A DNA stretch of 64,000 nt, taken from contig CADCDO010000011.1 in the NCBI GenBank assembly GCA_902800345.1, forward strand, positions 6,084 through 70,083, in the 5' to 3' direction. The translations under genes were made by a program, and so were the position numbers. This document shows, one piece after another, positions 60,029-64,000 of this stretch (positions are counted from its first letter, which is position 1; each line of letters starts with the position of its first letter). This DNA comes from Fibrobacter succinogenes (lineage in GTDB: Bacteria > Fibrobacterota > Fibrobacteria > Fibrobacterales > Fibrobacteraceae). A model generated the notes under the pieces. It was given only the letters and a program-made list of their open reading frames with translations, searched no databases and was not told the DNA's origin.

Positions 60029-62188
60029 CTAGCGGACCATTTTCATGAACAAAGTCTTCGATCCCTGCGACACGGATATCACCAGATTCCGTTTTCCCAA
60101 ATAACGGGGCCACAGGAATTGACAAGCTTCGCCATCCATAACCCGTTCAAACAAAAGCTGTCCGTTGAGCGAAAACATCCGCACAATTTTTTGCCCTGGC
60201 AGCGGGGCATAAACGTAAATCCTACTGTCATGCGCTTGGACTTGGACGTTCGGCGATAGCGCCGGGAGTGTTGCGTAAACAGAATGTTCACTGGAACTGG
60301 ATTCGATGATTTCCGAGGACGAAGAATTTGTCGCGGAGCTGGAGATTGCTACAGCAGAACTAGACGGAACCCCCTTCGAACTCGATGAAGCCACAGACGA
60401 GGAAGTCGCCGAACTGGACGATGAGACTCTCGAACTCGATGAAACAGGCGCCGAACTGGACGAACTTGGTGCATTTGAACTTGAGAAAATTGCAGACGAG
60501 CTCGACATCGCCGAAGAGCTAGACTTTGCCGAGGAACTGGACTTCACTGACGGAGACGATTTGACGGTCATATCCACATTGAAGGTGACATATTCCTTGT
60601 CCGAAGATTCCGTAATGTCGGAAAGTGCGATTTTCATGCTGTCACCGGTCCAAAAGACGAAATTGCTGAAATCGGTGACATTGCCGGTTCCTGGGAACAC
60701 ATCCTCCGCTGTTGCAGCTGTTCCTTTTGCAGGAACAGCTTCGACAACATCGACATACATATGTGCCGCGTTGGCATTAACCGCATTGATATTCCAAATA
60801 GAATCTACAAAGTCAATATGCCATATCAGCATTCCTGAACCGGGCTGCCCTACATCCCAATTTTTTTTATTTCTGTATTCCAATAAATAAACTTCTTTTG
60901 GATTTTTCGGATTGGTAACACTATACGCAACGTTATCTTCAATTTTATCCAGTTTCACCTCGCCTTTGACATTGAGTTCTATCGGCGTTATCCATCCAAG
61001 CGACATTCTTTCGAACGCTGAATAGAACGGCGGCGCGCAACACTGGACATACTCAGGATTGCGAGGACAGTTATACACTCCAGTGGACATGACAGACCAT
61101 GTTGTAGGGTCTCTTCGTGTCTTATTAGTCCCTTTCGTATCATTCAAATCGGGTAAGCCCAGAACATGGCTGAATTCGTGGATGAACGTTCCTATTCCGT
61201 TCAATGTGCTTGTAGAATTATCATTTCTATATGCGTTAGGACCGATTTCGTTGGCACAAGCAAAGTAGTTGATGTAAGAGCCGTCGCTCATCATCACCCC
61301 TGATTTCGGACCTTTTTGTGAATTAAAATAATTGGCATGCGGCCAAATAGCGTCATCGACCCCCGTACCATTAGAACCAACACCAGCATAAATCATAAAA
61401 ACAAAATCCACCATTCCGTCGCCATCGTTATCGTACTTTGAAAAGTCTACTTCACCTCTCTTGTCGAGTGAATCGAGAGCAATCTTTAAAATGGTCTTTG
61501 CTGCGGCAAAATTTTTGTTACCAGACGTCGTACTTGCGTAAGTCGCCCGTTTCTCTGGAACCGTAATCGGCCCATATACATCGAAAGTCGGGCGAAATAC
61601 ACCCATGGAGTTCTTTATAAAATAATCCCTTGCGCTACCCTGATTATGGTATTCGTTGTACCCTTCTTTGTTCAGAAAATCGGTAAACTGGGCCTTCGGA
61701 TCAGCGTTCTTGAATTTTATATCGGCATACTGTACGAGAACGACCATTCCATGAAATTCGCCATGAGTCGGTATGCTGTCAGGAACAGGCAGTCTCTGTA
61801 TTGTTGGCTTGATGAATCTCGGGAAACTGAAATCCTGGGGTTCTTCAGATGGAGTATTCGTCAGAAGCTTTTGATATATCGCATCCGGGTCGAGACCCGC
61901 CAAGAACTGAGCGTCTGATCCGTTACGGTCCTGTGCGTCGCGGGCATAGATTCCCGACGATTCGCCCTTTTCATCGGCGTAGGCGTAATACCCGAGCGCA
62001 TCTTTTTGCAAAATGTAGCCGTCTGCAGTTTCGAGCACATGGAAATTCTCGTCGCCTACCTGACGCACCTCGACGGAGCTCCCGTCCGGTTGCTTTATGA
62101 AAAAAGTTTCGTTGCTTGCTGGATTAGCGAAACTCTGCACTGCCAAAGCAAGCAACGCCAATATCATTTGAATGATTTTCACACCCAC
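60029..62188 (-). CDS. Secreted M6-family (immune-inhibitor-A-like) metalloprotease with a Ser-rich linker and a T9SS-like C-terminal sorting domain
   Basis: 719 aa with a signal peptide and an HEFSHVLGLPDL zinc motif. A poly-Ser linker spans about aa 545-640. The last 75 aa (KIVRMFSLNGQLLFERVMDGEACQFLW....VISVSQGSKTLFMKMVR) resemble a Por-secretion tail. Confidence 0.7.
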   Translation of the reverse strand: MGVKIIQMILALLALAVQSFANPASNETFFIKQPDGSSVEVRQVGDENFHVLETADGYILQKDALGYYAYADEKGESSGIYARDAQDRNGSDAQFLAGLDPDAIYQKLLTNTPSEEPQDFSFPRFIKPTIQRLPVPDSIPTHGEFHGMVVLVQYADIKFKNADPKAQFTDFLNKEGYNEYHNQGSARDYFIKNSMGVFRPTFDVYGPITVPEKRATYASTTSGNKNFAAAKTILKIALDSLDKRGEVDFSKYDNDGDGMVDFVFMIYAGVGSNGTGVDDAIWPHANYFNSQKGPKSGVMMSDGSYINYFACANEIGPNAYRNDNSTSTLNGIGTFIHEFSHVLGLPDLNDTKGTNKTRRDPTTWSVMSTGVYNCPRNPEYVQCCAPPFYSAFERMSLGWITPIELNVKGEVKLDKIEDNVAYSVTNPKNPKEVYLLEYRNKKNWDVGQPGSGMLIWHIDFVDSIWNINAVNANAAHMYVDVVEAVPAKGTAATAEDVFPGTGNVTDFSNFVFWTGDSMKIALSDITESSDKEYVTFNVDMTVKSSPSVKSSSSAKSSSSAMSSSSAIFSSSNAPSSSSSAPVSSSSRVSSSSSATSSSVASSSSKGVPSSSAVAISSSATNSSSSEIIESSSSEHSVYATLPALSPNVQVQAHDSRIYVYAPLPGQKIVRMFSLNGQLLFERVMDGEACQFLWPRYLGKRNLVISVSQGSKTLFMKMVR

Positions 62189-62321
62189 CTCCTAAATACT
62201 CTTAGACTAAGTATAAGTTTTTAATTCAAAATTAGGCATGAAAATTATGGATAATTAGAGGTTAGGGAACTTTCGCCATCGAACAAGGCAAAACGACCAA
62301 ACCATCAATTCCAGTAAATAC

Positions 62322-62356
62322 ACAAAAGACCGCCATGTCAGACATAGCGGTTTTTG
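62322..62356 (-). terminator. Possible terminator after rpmB
   Basis: The imperfect hairpin GACCGCCATGTC-A-GACATAGCGGT is flanked by A/T runs on both sides. Confidence 0.4.
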
Positions 62357-62377
62357 TCAAACTTTAAAATCTAGAAA

Positions 62378-62599
62378 TTAGATTCCGAGTTCCTGAGCAA
62401 CAGCCTGGATGCCAAGCTTGCTGATGGTACGAAGGCCAGCGGCGCTCACGCGGAGAGTCACCCAACGGTCTTCTTCAGGAATGTAGAAGCGCTTCTTCTG
62501 GAGGTTCGGAAGCTGCTTGATCAACTTCTTACGATTAGAGTGGGAAACCATGTTGCCCACGAGACCGGCCTTGCCGGTGACTTCACAAATGCGGCTCAT
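62378..62599 (-). CDS. rpmB: 50S ribosomal protein L28
   Basis: I trimmed the entry to the ATG at 62597-62599. MSRICEVTGKAGLVGNMVSHSNRKKLIKQLPNLQKKRFYIPEEDRWVTLRVSAAGLRTI is a canonical L28 sequence. Confidence 0.92.
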   Translation of the reverse strand: MSRICEVTGKAGLVGNMVSHSNRKKLIKQLPNLQKKRFYIPEEDRWVTLRVSAAGLRTISKLGIQAVAQELGI

Positions 62600-62666
62600 A
62601 TTAAACTCCGTTGTTTTTACAGGCACCAATTTTAGCTAAAAATTTTAAAACTGTCAAGGCTAAAGT

Positions 62667-63599
62667 TTAATCTTGCAGTGCCTTTGGCAAGTTAAACTTG
62701 GTATTTTCGACCAGTTTTATGAGATTTTTGACTTCGACAGGGCCAAATTTTTCTTTCAGCCAATCGACAACGCCCTGAACCAGCACTTCCGGTGCGCTCG
62801 CCCCGCTCGAGATCCCGACCGTTTCGATGCCATAGAACCAAGACGAATCGAGGTCACCGACATCGTCAATCAGGTGGCTCGGCAGCCCCTGTTCAAGCCC
62901 GAGTTCCATCAAGCGCGAAGAATTGGACGAATTTTTCGCCCCGACGACCAAGAGCATATCGACCATGGAACAAAGATCGAGAACGGCCGATTGACGGTTT
63001 CCCGTCGCATAGCAGAGATCCCCGGCTTCCGGTCCGATAATGTTCGGGAAACGCCGCTTGAGCGCATCGATAATCTTGCGCGTTTCAGCAACAGAAAGCG
63101 TCGTCTGCGTGATATAGGCAAGTTCCTTGTTTTCGGGCACCACAACCATCTCCGCATCCGTCTCGTTGCGGATGAGCGTAATGGCGCCCTCAGGGAGCTG
63201 CCCCAGCGTTCCTTCCACCTCGGCGTGCCCCGCATGCCCAATCAAGATGATATGGCGCCCGGCATTGTAATGGCGCTTGGCACTGAAATGCACCTTGAGC
63301 ACCAGCGGACAACTTGCATCGAGCACTTGCAAATTGCGGGCCTTTGCCTCTTCATAAATGCGTTCGGCAACACCGTGTGCCGAAAAAATCACCACGGAGC
63401 CCTCCGGCACCTGCGAAAGTTCATCGACAAAGACGACTCCCTTGTCCTTGAGCGTATCCACGACAAACTTGTTATGGACTATTTCGTGGCGGACATAGAT
63501 GGGCGTACCGAACTTTTCGATAGCTTTTTCGACCACATGGATGGCACGATCGACTCCGGCACAGAATCCACGGGGAGTGGCCAAAACGATTTTTTTCAT
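62667..63599 (-). CDS. ispH: 4-hydroxy-3-methylbut-2-enyl diphosphate reductase
   Basis: 310 aa. It begins MKKIVLATPRGFCAGVDRAI, continues with VRHEIVHN and SAHG, and has the three conserved Cys residues (C13, C96-like, C197-like). Confidence 0.95.
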   Translation of the reverse strand: MKKIVLATPRGFCAGVDRAIHVVEKAIEKFGTPIYVRHEIVHNKFVVDTLKDKGVVFVDELSQVPEGSVVIFSAHGVAERIYEEAKARNLQVLDASCPLVLKVHFSAKRHYNAGRHIILIGHAGHAEVEGTLGQLPEGAITLIRNETDAEMVVVPENKELAYITQTTLSVAETRKIIDALKRRFPNIIGPEAGDLCYATGNRQSAVLDLCSMVDMLLVVGAKNSSNSSRLMELGLEQGLPSHLIDDVGDLDSSWFYGIETVGISSGASAPEVLVQGVVDWLKEKFGPVEVKNLIKLVENTKFNLPKALQD

Positions 63600-63611
63600 A
63601 ATTCACCTAAT

Positions 63612-64000
63612 TTACTTGAGCAATTTTTTCAAAAATTCAATCAACTGCTGGTACGAGTCGCTAATCTTCGCACTTTCGTGCGCAAGGAACGTCTGCACCA
63701 GACGGACATCCGGGATGTTGCGCCGTGAATAATCCGCAGTCGATTGCAACTGCGCGATGACGCCCTCACGGACTAGTGTCGAGACGGCTTCTTTCTGACC
63801 AACGGCATAAGGCCCCACACAAGTGGCGACGCCACGCTGGAGAGGCTCCCAAAAGTCATGGACGCCCAGGCCTCGGGCAAACGAGCCTCCAATAACCGCC
63901 GTCCTGGAAACGGCAAAAACGTCCTTCGTCTTGCCGAACTGCGAAACAATCGACACAGCGCCCTTCTGCACCAAGGGCCAATCGACAACAATCACTTCCT
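63612..64000 (-). CDS. waaA: 3-deoxy-D-manno-octulosonic-acid (Kdo) transferase, C-terminal part (5' end outside the window)
   Basis: The C-terminal segment AVIGGSFARGLGVHDFWEPLQRGVATCVGPY resembles the GGS...GGHN.LEP...G.P...GP motif at the end of WaaA/KdtA. The ORF is open at the window edge. Confidence 0.55.
   Translation of the reverse strand, partial: EVIVVDWPLVQKGAVSIVSQFGKTKDVFAVSRTAVIGGSFARGLGVHDFWEPLQRGVATCVGPYAVGQKEAVSTLVREGVIAQLQSTADYSRRNIPDVRLVQTFLAHESAKISDSYQQLIEFLKKLLK

Overview
This 64-kb bacterial chromosomal window has about 44 protein genes and one tRNA-Cys. By eye it resembles an FCB-group, Fibrobacter-like genome, but that taxon guess is unverified.

The GC-rich core genes are:
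- secD (partial), a GH13 amylase and malQ
- a BatD/BatE-like pair and mnmA
- a 2402-aa SprA-like outer-membrane giant
- two S41 peptidases, an M23 peptidase and an FKBP isomerase
- glmS, scpA and a TolC/HlyD/ABC-2 efflux operon
- a DUF4956/HlyD/OMP/VTC/lamin-tail operon
- an M6 metalloprotease, rpmB, ispH and waaA (partial)

The most interesting part is a strongly AT-rich island of about 14 kb wedged between glmS and scpA (about 27.6-41.9 kb). Its contents are:
- a DUF3791/DUF3990/DUF3791 triplet
- a tightly packed four-gene operon: a SAM methyltransferase, a Cas9-type HNH protein, a membrane-anchored UvrD-like helicase, and a 1644-aa DEDD-exonuclease + RecQ + UvrD triple fusion. The UvrD-like helicase carries a PD-(D/E)xK-like insert and two topoisomerase-type zinc ribbons.
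- an ORF6N protein with a degenerate HKD motif
- a DUF234-type ATPase

I cannot match this operon to any named defence system from architecture alone, so I flag it as the prime candidate for an undescribed helicase/nuclease immunity system. Two homologous iteron-rich modules of about 125 bp bracket most of the island.

Other notable observations:
- an AIPR-family Abi-like gene
- a VTC/DUF4956 pair embedded in a tripartite-exporter-like operon
- a TolC gene whose C-terminal tail is built from four 48-bp copies of an intergenic repeat box
- a family of mosaic intergenic elements made of 7-bp-periodic GTNNNNA arrays, a GTCATCCTGAG box and conserved hairpins with compensatory changes
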